In this document: piece by piece, positions 1-9,561 of the stretch
How the letters are laid out: every line of letters starts with the position of its first letter
How positions within the stretch are numbered: the first letter of the stretch is position 1
DNA from: Candidatus Thioglobus sp.
GTDB lineage: Bacteria > Pseudomonadota > Gammaproteobacteria > PS1 > Pseudothioglobaceae
Reading direction: 5' to 3' (one strand)
DNA length: 64,000 nucleotides
Assembly: GCF_018644675.1 (NCBI RefSeq)
Contig: NZ_JABGQC010000001.1
Program-made: the position numbers and the translations under genes
The notes under the pieces: model-generated
What the model was told of the DNA's origin: nothing
Databases searched by the model: none
The model's input: the letters and a program-made list of their open reading frames with translations, nothing else

Positions 1-601
1 CTGATCCTTGTTCTCGAGTAATGAGTGTTTCATTAGTAAGATCTTTAATGGTGTTGCTCTGATTGTTAAGTAATGGGTGTTCTGGATGGGCAATAGCAAT
101 TAGAGGGTTCTCCATAAAAGGCTGAGTAACGAGTGGCATATCTGTTGGAGGTTCACCCATAATAATTAAATCTGCTTCACTATTATCAAGTTTTTCTAGT
201 AGTGATTCGCGGTTAGTCACTTCTAAATAAAAAGACATTCTGGGATATTGTTTTTTAAATTTTGCCAAAATATGGCTAACAAATGAGTTGGTAGTGGTGG
301 CAACAGCAATTTGTAAGTGACCCGCCTCAGGGTCAAGTGTTTGCTCAATGTCTGCCTTGCTTTGCTCCAATTTATCAATTACCTCAAGGCTAGTTTGATA
401 AAACTTCTGTCCAATAAAGGTTGGCGTGATAGTTTTTCCTTGAATGTTGACCAATTCTGAGCCCAGGTTTTCTTGCAATTGTTTGACTTGCATATAAACA
501 GCGGGCTGGGTGATGTGTAATTCTTTACTGGCCTTGGTAAAGCTCTTAAGTCGGATGACAGCTTCAAAGCTATAGAGTTGCTTAAGTGTGTAATTAATCA
601 T
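1..601 (-). CDS. cbbR: LysR-family transcriptional regulator, CbbR-like; 3' end runs off the window
   Basis: Not in the ORF track because there is no stop inside the window. The reverse complement from the ATG at 601-599 reads MINYTLKQLYSFEAVIRLKSFTKASKELHITQPAVYMQVKQLQENLG..., a LysR wHTH, and continues open to position 1. It is divergent from cbbM, the classic cbbR layout. Track ORF 379..567(-) is another frame and is spurious. Confidence 0.85.
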   Translation of the reverse strand, partial: MINYTLKQLYSFEAVIRLKSFTKASKELHITQPAVYMQVKQLQENLGSELVNIQGKTITPTFIGQKFYQTSLEVIDKLEQSKADIEQTLDPEAGHLQIAVATTTNSFVSHILAKFKKQYPRMSFYLEVTNRESLLEKLDNSEADLIIMGEPPTDMPLVTQPFMENPLIAIAHPEHPLLNNQSNTIKDLTNETLITREQGS

Positions 602-613
602 AAGTAAAAGTTA

Positions 614-628
614 TTATTTACTAAATAA
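614..628. promoter_or_regulatory. Perfect palindrome TTATTTA-C-TAAATAA in the cbbR/cbbM divergent intergenic region; candidate LysR (CbbR) operator
   Basis: A 7-1-7 inverted repeat read directly from the sequence. It sits 13 bp from the cbbR start and 66 bp upstream of cbbM. LysR regulators bind T-N11-A type dyads in such regions. Confidence 0.35.
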
Positions 629-693
629 ATATTATTTTACATTATACAAAGTTTTACATATAATAGGTGTTTTTTAATAGATAGGAGTCCACA

Positions 694-2076
694 ATGGATC
701 AATCGAATAGATATGCTGATTTGTCATTAGACGAAGATACGCTAATCGCAGAAGGCGGCCATATTTTGGTTACGTACACCATGCACCCAATGCCTGGTTT
801 CTTTGGTTACTTAGAAACTGCTGCTCACTTTGCAGCTGAGTCTTCAACGGGTACAAATGTAGAAGTTTGCACAACAGATGATTTTACTAAAGATCTAGAC
901 GCAATGGTATACGAAATTGATGAAGCTAAAGGCATCATGAAGATCGCATACCCATGTGGCTTATTTGACCGTAACGTAATTGACGGTCGTGCAATGGTTG
1001 TATCTTTCTTAACACTTGCTATTGGTAACAATCAAGGTATGGGTGACGTTAAAGACGCACAAATGATTGACTTCCATGTTCCTAAGCAAATGCTTGACAT
1101 TTTTGATGGTCCATCTATGGATATCACAGACCTTTGGAACTTATTAGGCCGTGACCGTGAAAATGGTGGTTACATTGCTGGTACTATTATTAAGCCTAAG
1201 TTAGGTTTACGTCCTAAGCCTTTTGCTGAAGCTGCATACCAGTTCTGGTTAGGTGGCGATTTCATCAAGAATGATGAGCCTCAAGGTAACCAAGTTTATG
1301 CTCGCATGAAGGATGTTACTCCTTTAGTTGCTGACGCGATGAAGCGTGCACAAGACGAAACTGGCGAAGCTAAAATTTTCTCTGCAAATATTACAGCTGA
1401 CGATCATCATGAAATGATTGCTCGTGGCGAATACATCTTGGAAGCATTTGGTGAAAATGCTAACCACGTTGCATTCCTAGTTGACGGTTATGTTGGTGGT
1501 TGTGGTATGGTTACTACAGCACGTCGTAACTTCCCTGGTCAATACTTACATTACCATAGAGCTGGCCATGGTGCGATTACGTCTCCATCTTCAGTTCGTG
1601 GTTACACTGCATTTGTTCTTGCTAAGCTTTCTCGCCTTATGGGTGCGTCTGGTATCCACGTGGGTACAATGGGCTTCGGTAAGATGGAAGGTGGTGCAGA
1701 TGATAGACATATTGCATACATGATTGAGCAAGATAGTGCTCAAGGTCCAGTTTATCACCAAGAGTGGTTTGGTATGAAGCCAACTACACCGATTATTTCT
1801 GGTGGTATGAACGCTCTACGTCTTCCAGGTTTCTTCGAGAACCTAGGTCACGGTAATGTAATCAACACTTCTGGTGGTGGTTCTTATGGTCATATTGACT
1901 CTCCTGCAGCGGGCGCTAAGTCATTACGTCAAGCGTACGATTGTTGGATGGCTAAAGCTGATCCGATTGAGTTTGCCAAAGATCATAATGAGTTTGCTCG
2001 TGCATTCGAGTCATTCCCAGGTGATGCTGATTCTCTATACCCAGGTTGGAGAGATCAGTTAGGTGTTCACAAGTAA
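694..2076 (+). CDS. cbbM: Ribulose-1,5-bisphosphate carboxylase/oxygenase, form II
   Basis: 460 aa. Form II-type N-terminus [12 protein letters not shown], active-site region [14 protein letters not shown], and GG-rich C-terminal region. Followed by cbbQ/cbbO and preceded by divergent cbbR. Confidence 0.97.
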   Translation: MDQSNRYADLSLDEDTLIAEGGHILVTYTMHPMPGFFGYLETAAHFAAESSTGTNVEVCTTDDFTKDLDAMVYEIDEAKGIMKIAYPCGLFDRNVIDGRAMVVSFLTLAIGNNQGMGDVKDAQMIDFHVPKQMLDIFDGPSMDITDLWNLLGRDRENGGYIAGTIIKPKLGLRPKPFAEAAYQFWLGGDFIKNDEPQGNQVYARMKDVTPLVADAMKRAQDETGEAKIFSANITADDHHEMIARGEYILEAFGENANHVAFLVDGYVGGCGMVTTARRNFPGQYLHYHRAGHGAITSPSSVRGYTAFVLAKLSRLMGASGIHVGTMGFGKMEGGADDRHIAYMIEQDSAQGPVYHQEWFGMKPTTPIISGGMNALRLPGFFENLGHGNVINTSGGGSYGHIDSPAAGAKSLRQAYDCWMAKADPIEFAKDHNEFARAFESFPGDADSLYPGWRDQLGVHK

Positions 2077-2087
2077 ATCTTGTAGCA

Positions 2088-2178
2088 CTTAGCTAAGAAA
2101 AGCCTCTGCTTCATGTAGAGGCTTTTTTTTCTAAGGAACTCTTAGCTAAATAAGAACAACTGTTTATATTTAGCTAAG
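2088..2178. repeat. Three copies of the palindrome (C)TTAGCTAA(G) flanking the cbbM terminator
   Basis: CTTAGCTAAG at 2088-2097, CTTAGCTAAA at 2141-2150 and TTTAGCTAAG at 2169-2178. CTAAG-N5-CTTAG is also present at 2131-2145. Confidence 0.6.
2098..2130 (+). terminator. Rho-independent terminator after cbbM
   Basis: Stem AAAAGCCTCT / AGAGGCTTTT with a 9-nt loop, followed by a T8 run. Confidence 0.75.
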
Positions 2179-2237
2179 CGTTTCAAACTATACAAACCAT
2201 AGCGTTTAGCATGGTTAACATTAATAAGGATAGAACT

Positions 2238-3047
2238 ATGTCAGATTTCGATATCAATCAATTTAAAATTGAATCAGAGCCATTTTACGAAGCACAATCA
2301 AATGAAGCGCAGCTTTATACTGCCGCTTACAATGCAAGATTGCCAGTGATGGTTAAAGGTCCAACTGGTTGTGGTAAATCTCGTTTTATTGAGCACATGG
2401 CGCATAAATTAGACAAGCCTATTATTACTGTTTCTTGTAATGAAGATATTACCGCCTCTGACTTAATTGGTCGTTATTTACTTGATGCCAATGGCACCAG
2501 GTGGGTAGATGGTCCGCTAACGTTAGCCGCACGTCATGGTGCTATTTGTTATTTGGACGAAATTGTAGAGGCTCGCCAAGATACCATGGTGGTTATTCAT
2601 TCATTAACGGATCATCGTCGTGAGTTAATGTTGGATAAAAAAGGCGAACTGGTTAAGGCGCATCCTGATTTCCAATTAGTTATTTCATACAATCCTGGCT
2701 ATCAGTCACTGATGAAAGATCTTAAGCAATCAACCAAGCAGCGTTTTACTGGTATGGATTTTGACTATGCTTCAGCTGAATTGGAAGCGTCAATCGTTGC
2801 TAAAGAATCAGGTGTGGATGCCGATATGGCGGCAAATTTAGTTAAACTTGCACAAGCAACACGTAATTTAGTAGGCCACGGACTAGACGAAGGCGCATCA
2901 ACGCGCCTACTTAACTATGCAGGCACATTGATTGCTGCAGGCGTTGAAGTTAAAGATGCTTGTCATATGGCGTTAGTATGTCCAATTACAGATGATGCTG
3001 AGGTTCGTACAACTATGAGTGGTGCGATTGACGCAATTTTTGGTTAG
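2238..3047 (+). CDS. cbbQ: CbbQ, AAA+ (MoxR-type) RubisCO activase subunit
   Basis: Walker A GPTGCGKS and Walker B ICYLDEI. I moved the start from track position 2211 to the ATG at 2238 (AAGGA RBS 7 nt upstream), which gives 269 aa. Sits between cbbM and cbbO. Confidence 0.9.
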   Translation: MSDFDINQFKIESEPFYEAQSNEAQLYTAAYNARLPVMVKGPTGCGKSRFIEHMAHKLDKPIITVSCNEDITASDLIGRYLLDANGTRWVDGPLTLAARHGAICYLDEIVEARQDTMVVIHSLTDHRRELMLDKKGELVKAHPDFQLVISYNPGYQSLMKDLKQSTKQRFTGMDFDYASAELEASIVAKESGVDADMAANLVKLAQATRNLVGHGLDEGASTRLLNYAGTLIAAGVEVKDACHMALVCPITDDAEVRTTMSGAIDAIFG

Positions 3048-3060
3048 ATAGGTAGCTATC

Positions 3061-5298
3061 ATGACTGAAGAAGTTCAGCACAAGCCTCTAGATTGCGCCT
3101 TTGAATCGGTACAAGATGTTTTTGCATTAAATATTGATCAGGCAGTTGAGCACTTGACAGTAGATAGTCTTGATGAATATTATCAAGGCGCAGAGTTTTT
3201 GTCAAAAATTGGCCAAGGCGATAAGCTTTCAATTGCATTTTTAAAAACAATGCCATGGGTCGGAGAGCACTTTGGCGATGGTAGTATTAAAAAAATTACC
3301 GACTTTACATACAATAAAATCTGTCGAACGCCAAATAAACCTGCCGTTGAAATATTTTTAAATAGCTTTATTATTGTCGTAGATCATATTAACAAAGATC
3401 AGCTTGATGAGTATTTGGCATTAATTGAATACCACCTATCTAAAACAACATTTTCAATTCATGGTATTCACGATACACACCCATCTCCATCATTAATTGC
3501 TTTACTAGGTAATATTAATTTATTATTAGAACAGCTTGATTTTAAAGGGATTTATGAGTGGATTGATTATGGACTTAGATATTTTAAAGACCATCCAGAG
3601 CGTCAGCAGGAATTCTTTACACTAACCACCCCAGATTCAAAGGCGGTATTTCAACGACAAAGAAAAGGATTGTTGTTTAGTGATATAGAGCGTCCTATTA
3701 ATTTATTTCAAAGGGCACTTTGGAAAACGGATTACATGTATGCGCCATACTCTCCGGATTTTGAGAAATTGGAGCACTTTAGTCCTTATATAGAAGATGA
3801 AATTATTCGTCTGCCTGATATTTATAGCGATCTAAACGGTGTTAATGGTTGTAGGCGTTATATGGCTTTGGTTGCTCACTTGGTTGCACATCAACAATTT
3901 ACCACTAAAATTGTGGCCGATAACGCCTCTCCACAGCAGCGTTTTTTTGCCGAAGTATTTGAAGATGCGCGAGTAGAATATTTAGCTATAAAGCAATATC
4001 CAGGCCTGAAAAAATTGTGGTTAAGCCTAATTCCTATTGTTAATGAATTTGACTGCGACAATACAAATCAGTCTTGCTTGAGACACCGAGCAATTATGTT
4101 AACTCGCGCCTTGCTTGATGATGAGCATCCTTATAAAAATAAAGTAATTCTAGATTATGTAGATAAGTTTAAAACGCTAATGGGGGCTGGTGAATCATCT
4201 ACTTCTGATAGTTTAACCCTTGGTTTGGGTTATTTAATAAAAACTAGAGGCCCTTCAGATGCGTTGGCAAAAGTATATTTTGAGGGTACAGAAGTTACTT
4301 ATCGTGATGATAATCGATCAATGTGGGTGTTTATTGAAGAATTTGATGAGGATGATGAAATTTTTCAGCATGAAACTACACCAGATGATGAAGAAGTTGA
4401 AACCATTCCTCCACATTATTACGATGAGTGGGATTATGCATATGAATCATATAAGCCTGATTGGGCTGCAGTTTATGAAAGATTACACACGCATACGGAT
4501 GCATCGAAAATTGATCGAATTTTAGACAAGCACTCAGCCTTGGTGAAACAGCTTAAAAAAGTGCTGGATTTATTAAAGCCTCAAAATAAAAAACGTGTTC
4601 GTTATCAGGAAGAAGGGGCTGAGCTAGATTTGGATATTGCTCTTCGTAGTGTTATTGATATTAAAAATGGTTCACAGCCTGATACTCGAATTAATATAGA
4701 TTTTGAGCATGACTCTCGCAGTGTATCGGTATTGTTATTATTAGACTTATCCCAATCATTAAATGAAGTGGTAGGGTCATCGGGTCAAACCATTCTTGAG
4801 CTTTCTCAAGAGGCGGTGTCATTGCTAGCTTGGGCAGTGGAGCAACTCGGTGATAATTTTGCCATTGCTGGGTTTAATTCTGACACTCGTCAGAAGGTTA
4901 TGTATTACCACATCAAAGGTTATAGTGAAAGTTGGGATGATACGGTTAAATCTCGATTGGCCGATCTCAAGGCGGAATTTTCAACACGCATGGGTGCAGC
5001 AATCAGACATGGTGCGCATTATTTAGACTTGCAACAAAGTGACAAAAAACTCATGTTAATCCTAACAGACGGTGAGCCAGCTGATATTGATATACATGAT
5101 CCTAAGGCGCTGATTCAAGATACACATAAAGCGGTACAAGAAGTCCAGCAAAAAGGTATGTACCCATACTGCATTAGTCTGGATAAAAGAGCAGATGAAT
5201 ATATTGCCGATATTTTTGGATCGCACTATTCGGTGATTGACCGTATTGAATCGCTGCCAAAAGAATTGCCTCAATTATTTTTATCATTAACCAAATAA
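3061..5298 (+). CDS. cbbO: CbbO, von Willebrand factor A-domain partner of CbbQ
   Basis: 745 aa. C-terminal VWA domain with the MIDAS motif DLSQS (LLLDLSQSL). Canonical position after cbbQ. Confidence 0.9.
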   Translation: MTEEVQHKPLDCAFESVQDVFALNIDQAVEHLTVDSLDEYYQGAEFLSKIGQGDKLSIAFLKTMPWVGEHFGDGSIKKITDFTYNKICRTPNKPAVEIFLNSFIIVVDHINKDQLDEYLALIEYHLSKTTFSIHGIHDTHPSPSLIALLGNINLLLEQLDFKGIYEWIDYGLRYFKDHPERQQEFFTLTTPDSKAVFQRQRKGLLFSDIERPINLFQRALWKTDYMYAPYSPDFEKLEHFSPYIEDEIIRLPDIYSDLNGVNGCRRYMALVAHLVAHQQFTTKIVADNASPQQRFFAEVFEDARVEYLAIKQYPGLKKLWLSLIPIVNEFDCDNTNQSCLRHRAIMLTRALLDDEHPYKNKVILDYVDKFKTLMGAGESSTSDSLTLGLGYLIKTRGPSDALAKVYFEGTEVTYRDDNRSMWVFIEEFDEDDEIFQHETTPDDEEVETIPPHYYDEWDYAYESYKPDWAAVYERLHTHTDASKIDRILDKHSALVKQLKKVLDLLKPQNKKRVRYQEEGAELDLDIALRSVIDIKNGSQPDTRINIDFEHDSRSVSVLLLLDLSQSLNEVVGSSGQTILELSQEAVSLLAWAVEQLGDNFAIAGFNSDTRQKVMYYHIKGYSESWDDTVKSRLADLKAEFSTRMGAAIRHGAHYLDLQQSDKKLMLILTDGEPADIDIHDPKALIQDTHKAVQEVQQKGMYPYCISLDKRADEYIADIFGSHYSVIDRIESLPKELPQLFLSLTK

Positions 5299-5304
5299 CA
5301 AAAA

Positions 5305-5706
5305 ATGTTTACAAATATCGTTACTGCCAGAATTGATTTTGACTATCAGGGTCAGCACCATGAGTTAAAAACTGTTATTGATATTGATCACATTGTTATT
5401 CAAGAAGACTTTTTTAACTTAGTCTATATGTCAATTGCTAAAGCTAATAATATTGACATGTATTCGTATCAGTTAGAAGTGATGCTAGACCAAAGTATTA
5501 TTTTTTATAATGAAAAAGGTTGTGTCAAGGGCTGTATTGAAAATGGCAAGTTGGACTTGGAGCGGTTAAAGCAGCAATATCAAGTAGCTGAATGCATTCC
5601 TAAGGTTGAGTTAATTATGAACCAACACATCCCTAAAGATCAGCATAATGAGTCGGTTACTAAGGCACTGACTGCTGCTTACCTACTAGGAAAAAGTGAC
5701 GATTAA
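5305..5706 (+). CDS. Hypothetical 133-aa protein immediately downstream of cbbO
   Basis: ORF starts 6 nt after the cbbO stop. No recognisable motif and no clear RBS. Confidence 0.4.
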   Translation: MFTNIVTARIDFDYQGQHHELKTVIDIDHIVIQEDFFNLVYMSIAKANNIDMYSYQLEVMLDQSIIFYNEKGCVKGCIENGKLDLERLKQQYQVAECIPKVELIMNQHIPKDQHNESVTKALTAAYLLGKSDD

Positions 5707-5709
5707 TCT

Positions 5710-6240
5710 TTATTCAAACTCTTGTTCAACAAAATCTAAATTAATTTGAATATTAGAGTTATCTAAAAGCTCTAAACATTTTGGCACGGCTAAAAATACT
5801 GCGCCTAGACATACCGCAATAGCAGCCGGCTTTCCTGGTAAGTTGATAATTAAACTCGAACCTCTTGTTCCTGCCGTTTGGCGCGACAAAATAGCGGTGG
5901 GCACTGTGCGTAATGACACGGTGCGCATTTGCTCAGCAAAGCCATCAAAGATTCTCTCACACACAGCATGAGTCGCCTCGGGGGTGACATCACGTGTGGT
6001 TGGTCCTGTGCCACCAGTAGTTAAAATAAGGTTGCAGTTTCTATTATCGGCAAAGTCAATCATGGTTTGCTCAATTAATAACTGCTCATCTTCAATAATG
6101 ATACTTTCTACTTCATAAGGAGATAGTATTGCGCTTTCAATCCACTCTTGCATTGCAGGGCCGCCAATATCCTCGTATTCTCCACGTGCTGCACGATCTG
6201 AAATAGTAATAAAGCCGACTGTAATTTTTGTATTGTTCAT
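5710..6240 (-). CDS. mogA: Molybdopterin adenylyltransferase MogA/MoaB family
   Basis: 176 aa. MoCF-biosynthesis domain motifs ISDRAARGEYED and TTGGTGPTTRDVTPEAT. Confidence 0.85.
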   Translation of the reverse strand: MNNTKITVGFITISDRAARGEYEDIGGPAMQEWIESAILSPYEVESIIIEDEQLLIEQTMIDFADNRNCNLILTTGGTGPTTRDVTPEATHAVCERIFDGFAEQMRTVSLRTVPTAILSRQTAGTRGSSLIINLPGKPAAIAVCLGAVFLAVPKCLELLDNSNIQINLDFVEQEFE

Positions 6241-6327
6241 CTTTTTTAAATTTTATTGGAATTTTTTCTTGATTTTACCTAGCTAATTATTGATAAAAAT
6301 TGTCAGATTAATAATTCTAGTGTTTTC

Positions 6328-6341
6328 TTGACCTGGGTTAA
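6328..6341. promoter_or_regulatory. Hybrid Crp/Fnr-type box TTGAC-CTGG-GTTAA inside the 24-bp palindrome TTTTCTTGACCTGGGTTAAGAAAA
   Basis: Read directly, upstream of narK1. One half-site is TTGAC type and the other is GTTAA type. Confidence 0.5.
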
Positions 6342-6365
6342 GAAAACTAAAAATACCTTAACTTA

Positions 6366-6379
6366 TTGATCCAGGTCAA
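6366..6379. promoter_or_regulatory. FNR-type box TTGAT-CCAG-GTCAA upstream of narK1
   Basis: Matches the FNR/ANR/DNR consensus TTGAT-N4-ATCAA in 9 of 10 half-site positions. Its centre is about 72 bp upstream of the narK1 start. Confidence 0.6.
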
Positions 6380-6443
6380 GGTTTATAAGTTTGTTAAAGG
6401 CAAAATCACTACAAAAGTATTTTAAGATTTAGAAAAAGGAGAA

Positions 6444-7724
6444 GTGATGGGTTTATCAATGATCAAAAGCCATACTGCACAAGCTAATTCAGTTTTGGCA
6501 GCAAATACTATTGCCTTTACGGCTTGTTTCGCAGTTTGGGTTATGTTCTCAATTATTGGTATTCCTATTAAGGAGTTACTTGAATTATCCGAGACTCAAT
6601 TTGGCTTACTGGTAGCAACTCCAATTCTAACAGGATCTATCTTTAGATTGCCAGTGGGCATGTTGACTGACAGAGTTGGTGGACGTATTGTATATATGGT
6701 GCTAATGTTAGCCATGATTATCCCTTTGTGGTTTATTGGTAGCGCAACTGAGTATTGGCAGTTTTTAGTGTTAGGGTTGTTTGTTGGTATTGCGGGTGCG
6801 TCATTTTCAGTGGGTATTGCTTATACAGCTAAATGGTTTGATAAAGAGCATCAAGGTTTTGCTATGGGTATTTTTGGTGCGGGTAATGCGGGTGCGGCAC
6901 TTACTAAATTTATTGCACCTTCATTGGTTGTTGCTTACGGTTGGCAGGTAGTGCCTAAGGTTTATGCCGTTGCTATGCTGGTTATTATTATTACCTATTG
7001 GATGTTTACTTATGAGGATCCTGCTCACCATACTGCTAAAAATGTCAGTGTTAAGGATCAGTTGAAGGCATTGAATGATCCTAAACTTTGGAAGTACATG
7101 CAGTACTACTCTTTGGTATTTGGTGGCTTTGTTGCCTTATCTCTATGGATGACAAAATACTATATCAATGAATATGGATTTGATTTAAAAACCGCGGCAC
7201 TCTTGGCTGCAATTTTTGTACTGCCTTCAGGTGTGATTCGTGCACTTGGCGGCTGGTTTTCAGATAAATATGGTGCTTATAAAGTAACGTGGTGGGTAAT
7301 GTGGGTTTCGCTGGTTTGCTTATTTTTTATGTCTTATCCGCAAACTTCATTGGTGATCAAAACAACAACTGGTGATGCATTATTTGACCTAAGTTTGAAT
7401 GTCTGGGTGTTTACCGCCTTGTTATTTGTTTTAGGTATTGCCTGGGGATTTGGTAAGGCTTCAGTGTTTAAGTTTTTGTCAGATGAGTACCCAAATAATA
7501 TTGGCGTGGTATCTGGCATTGTTGGATTAGCAGGTGGTTTGGGTGGATTCTTGTTACCAATTATGTTTGGTGTCTTAATTGACTTAACAGGTATTAATTC
7601 AGTCATCTTTATGTTGTTGTACGGTGCAACAGCCGTATCACTAATTTGGATGCATTTTACTTTTGGTAAATATAAAAGAACTGACAACACTAAACAGGCG
7701 CACGCAAGCGTGTCGACTAAATAA
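6444..7724 (+). CDS. narK: MFS nitrate/nitrite transporter, NarK1-type
   Basis: 426 aa, polytopic MFS (12 predicted hydrophobic segments). GGAG RBS directly upstream. First of two tandem narK genes ahead of narGHJI. The start could be GTG 6444 or ATG 6447. Confidence 0.85.
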   Translation: MMGLSMIKSHTAQANSVLAANTIAFTACFAVWVMFSIIGIPIKELLELSETQFGLLVATPILTGSIFRLPVGMLTDRVGGRIVYMVLMLAMIIPLWFIGSATEYWQFLVLGLFVGIAGASFSVGIAYTAKWFDKEHQGFAMGIFGAGNAGAALTKFIAPSLVVAYGWQVVPKVYAVAMLVIIITYWMFTYEDPAHHTAKNVSVKDQLKALNDPKLWKYMQYYSLVFGGFVALSLWMTKYYINEYGFDLKTAALLAAIFVLPSGVIRALGGWFSDKYGAYKVTWWVMWVSLVCLFFMSYPQTSLVIKTTTGDALFDLSLNVWVFTALLFVLGIAWGFGKASVFKFLSDEYPNNIGVVSGIVGLAGGLGGFLLPIMFGVLIDLTGINSVIFMLLYGATAVSLIWMHFTFGKYKRTDNTKQAHASVSTK

Positions 7725-7759
7725 TAATTTTAATCAATTTTTAATAAGAGGAGCTTGAA

Positions 7760-9373
7760 ATGGCTAAAGATATAAAAAGCTGGAATCCGGATGATTCATC
7801 CGAGTGGGAAAGCACAGGTAAGGCAATAGCTAACCGCAACTTGTGGATTTCTATCCCAAGTTTGTTGGCTGGTTTCGCCACATGGTTAATGTGGGGAATT
7901 ATTACCGTACAAATGATGAACACCGGCTATGGCGGTTTTGATAAGTCACAGTTATTTACCTTGGCAGCAATTGCTGGTTTATCGGGCGCAACACTACGCA
8001 TCCCATCAACCTTTTTTATTCGCCTAGCAGGTGGTAGAAATACCATTTGGCTAACAACAACGCTATTGATTTTGCCTGCCCTAGGATTGGGTATTGCACT
8101 ATCATCGCCTGATACGCCTTTCTGGCACTTTCAAATCTTAGCGCTATTATCTGGTTTTGGTGGTGGTAACTTTGCCTCTTCAATGTCAAATATCTCTTTC
8201 TTCTTCCCGAAGAAAATTCAGGGTTATTCATTAGGTATGAATGCAGGTTTGGGTAACTTTGGTGTTACTACGATGCAGATTGTCATTCCTTTAGTGATGA
8301 CAATGGCAGTCATGGGTAATCCTACAGAGTTGCAGATTGCTTCAGGCACATTAATCGGAAAAATCCCAGCGGGAACAGACACTTACCTTCAGAATGCGGG
8401 TTATGTTTGGTTAATTATCTTAATTCCATTATCGCTGGCATCATGGTTGGGCATGAATAATATTACCGAAGATCATGTATCGCCTAATATTGGCTCTACT
8501 ATGGGTGCATTTATTAAGATTATTGTTATGCTAATCTTAGGTTTGTCAACTGCTGCATTTGGTTTATGGTTGATGCTACCAGAGGTTGCTTCTGGTTCAG
8601 GCTTGATGATTAGTAAATGGGTTGCACTACCAATTGTTATCTCATTGACAGTATTGTTACTTAAGTTGTTGCCACTTGGTAGTGACTATAAAGAAGGTAT
8701 TAATCGTCAGTATAAGATTTTTGGCAACAAACACACTTGGGCAATGACAATTATCTACACCATGACATTTGGTTCTTTTATTGGTTACGCCGCTACACTA
8801 GCCTTATCAATTAAAGTAATCTTTGGTTTCCAGCATATTATGGTTGATGGCATTATGACTCATGATACGATCAATCCAAATGGCCCTTCGGCGTTAACGT
8901 ATGCTTGGATGGGTGCGTTTGTTGGTGCATTGATTCGACCAGTTGGTGGCATGATTGCAGACAAGATGGGTGGTGCCAAGGTAACACAAATTATTTCTGC
9001 AGTTATGGTGGCTTCAGCATTGGGTGTGGCTTACTTTATGAAGCAGGCTTATGCAAGCGCAACGCCAGAAGAGTTCTTTTATCCATTCTTAATTTTATTT
9101 GTGGTGTTGTTTGCAATGACAGGTATCGGTAATGGCTCAACCTTTAGAACGATTTCACAAGTATTTAACAAAGAGCAGGCTGGTCCAGTTTTAGGTTGGA
9201 CATCTGCGGTAGCGGCTTATGGCGCGTTCATCATTCCAAAAGTATTTGGTGAGCAAATCAAGCTAACAACCCCTGAAAACGCATTGTATGGTTTTGCGGT
9301 GTTCTACGCTGTATGTATGGTGATTAATTGGTGGTTCTACTTACGTAAGAACGCTGAATTTCATAATCCATAG
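7760..9373 (+). CDS. narK: MFS nitrate/nitrite antiporter, NarK2-type (long form)
   Basis: 537 aa MFS protein, second of the narK pair, with an AGGAG RBS. The tandem arrangement is the same as narK1K2 in Pseudomonas-type nar clusters. Confidence 0.85.
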   Translation: MAKDIKSWNPDDSSEWESTGKAIANRNLWISIPSLLAGFATWLMWGIITVQMMNTGYGGFDKSQLFTLAAIAGLSGATLRIPSTFFIRLAGGRNTIWLTTTLLILPALGLGIALSSPDTPFWHFQILALLSGFGGGNFASSMSNISFFFPKKIQGYSLGMNAGLGNFGVTTMQIVIPLVMTMAVMGNPTELQIASGTLIGKIPAGTDTYLQNAGYVWLIILIPLSLASWLGMNNITEDHVSPNIGSTMGAFIKIIVMLILGLSTAAFGLWLMLPEVASGSGLMISKWVALPIVISLTVLLLKLLPLGSDYKEGINRQYKIFGNKHTWAMTIIYTMTFGSFIGYAATLALSIKVIFGFQHIMVDGIMTHDTINPNGPSALTYAWMGAFVGALIRPVGGMIADKMGGAKVTQIISAVMVASALGVAYFMKQAYASATPEEFFYPFLILFVVLFAMTGIGNGSTFRTISQVFNKEQAGPVLGWTSAVAAYGAFIIPKVFGEQIKLTTPENALYGFAVFYAVCMVINWWFYLRKNAEFHNP

Positions 9374-9386
9374 GCAGTTAACAATA

Positions 9387-9413
9387 AGAGGGGTGGTTAA
9401 TAGCCACCCCTCT
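9387..9413 (+). terminator. GC-rich hairpin after narK2; weak terminator or attenuator
   Basis: AGAGGGGTGG / CCACCCCTCT 10-bp stem with a 7-nt loop. The tail TTATT is T-poor. Confidence 0.4.
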
Positions 9414-9462
9414 TTATTAAAGATAATTGTTATAGTTATTTTTAATAAAGAGTTTAATTTTG

Positions 9463-9476
9463 TTGACCTTGGTCAA
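9463..9476. promoter_or_regulatory. Perfect palindromic FNR/DNR-type box TTGAC-CTTG-GTCAA upstream of narG
   Basis: Read directly. The identical 14-mer recurs at 45852-45865. Its centre is about 92 bp upstream of the narG ATG. Confidence 0.6.
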
Positions 9477-9561
9477 TGTTTGAATAGTGAATATGAGCAA
9501 AATTAATCCTTACAGAAGAGCTTTTAAATTAACAAAGAAGAGATAAAAAAAGGAGAAAAAT

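Noticed and set aside
379-567. Track ORF of 62 aa on the minus strand at the left edge.
   Set aside because: It is in a different frame from the long open LysR/CbbR reading frame, which runs from 601 to the window edge and has clear family motifs. The 62-aa translation is low-complexity, with no motif.
2211-2237. N-terminal extensions given by the ORF track for cbbQ (2211), pyrG (61104), napD (35371), napG (35640) and the c4 cytochrome (42449).
   Set aside because: Internal ATGs with properly spaced RBSs reproduce the canonical N-termini: MSDFD..., [11 protein letters not shown]..., the Tat motif MAISRREFF and the signal peptide MNNKTSLK. The upstream codons are TTG/GTG or lack an RBS.
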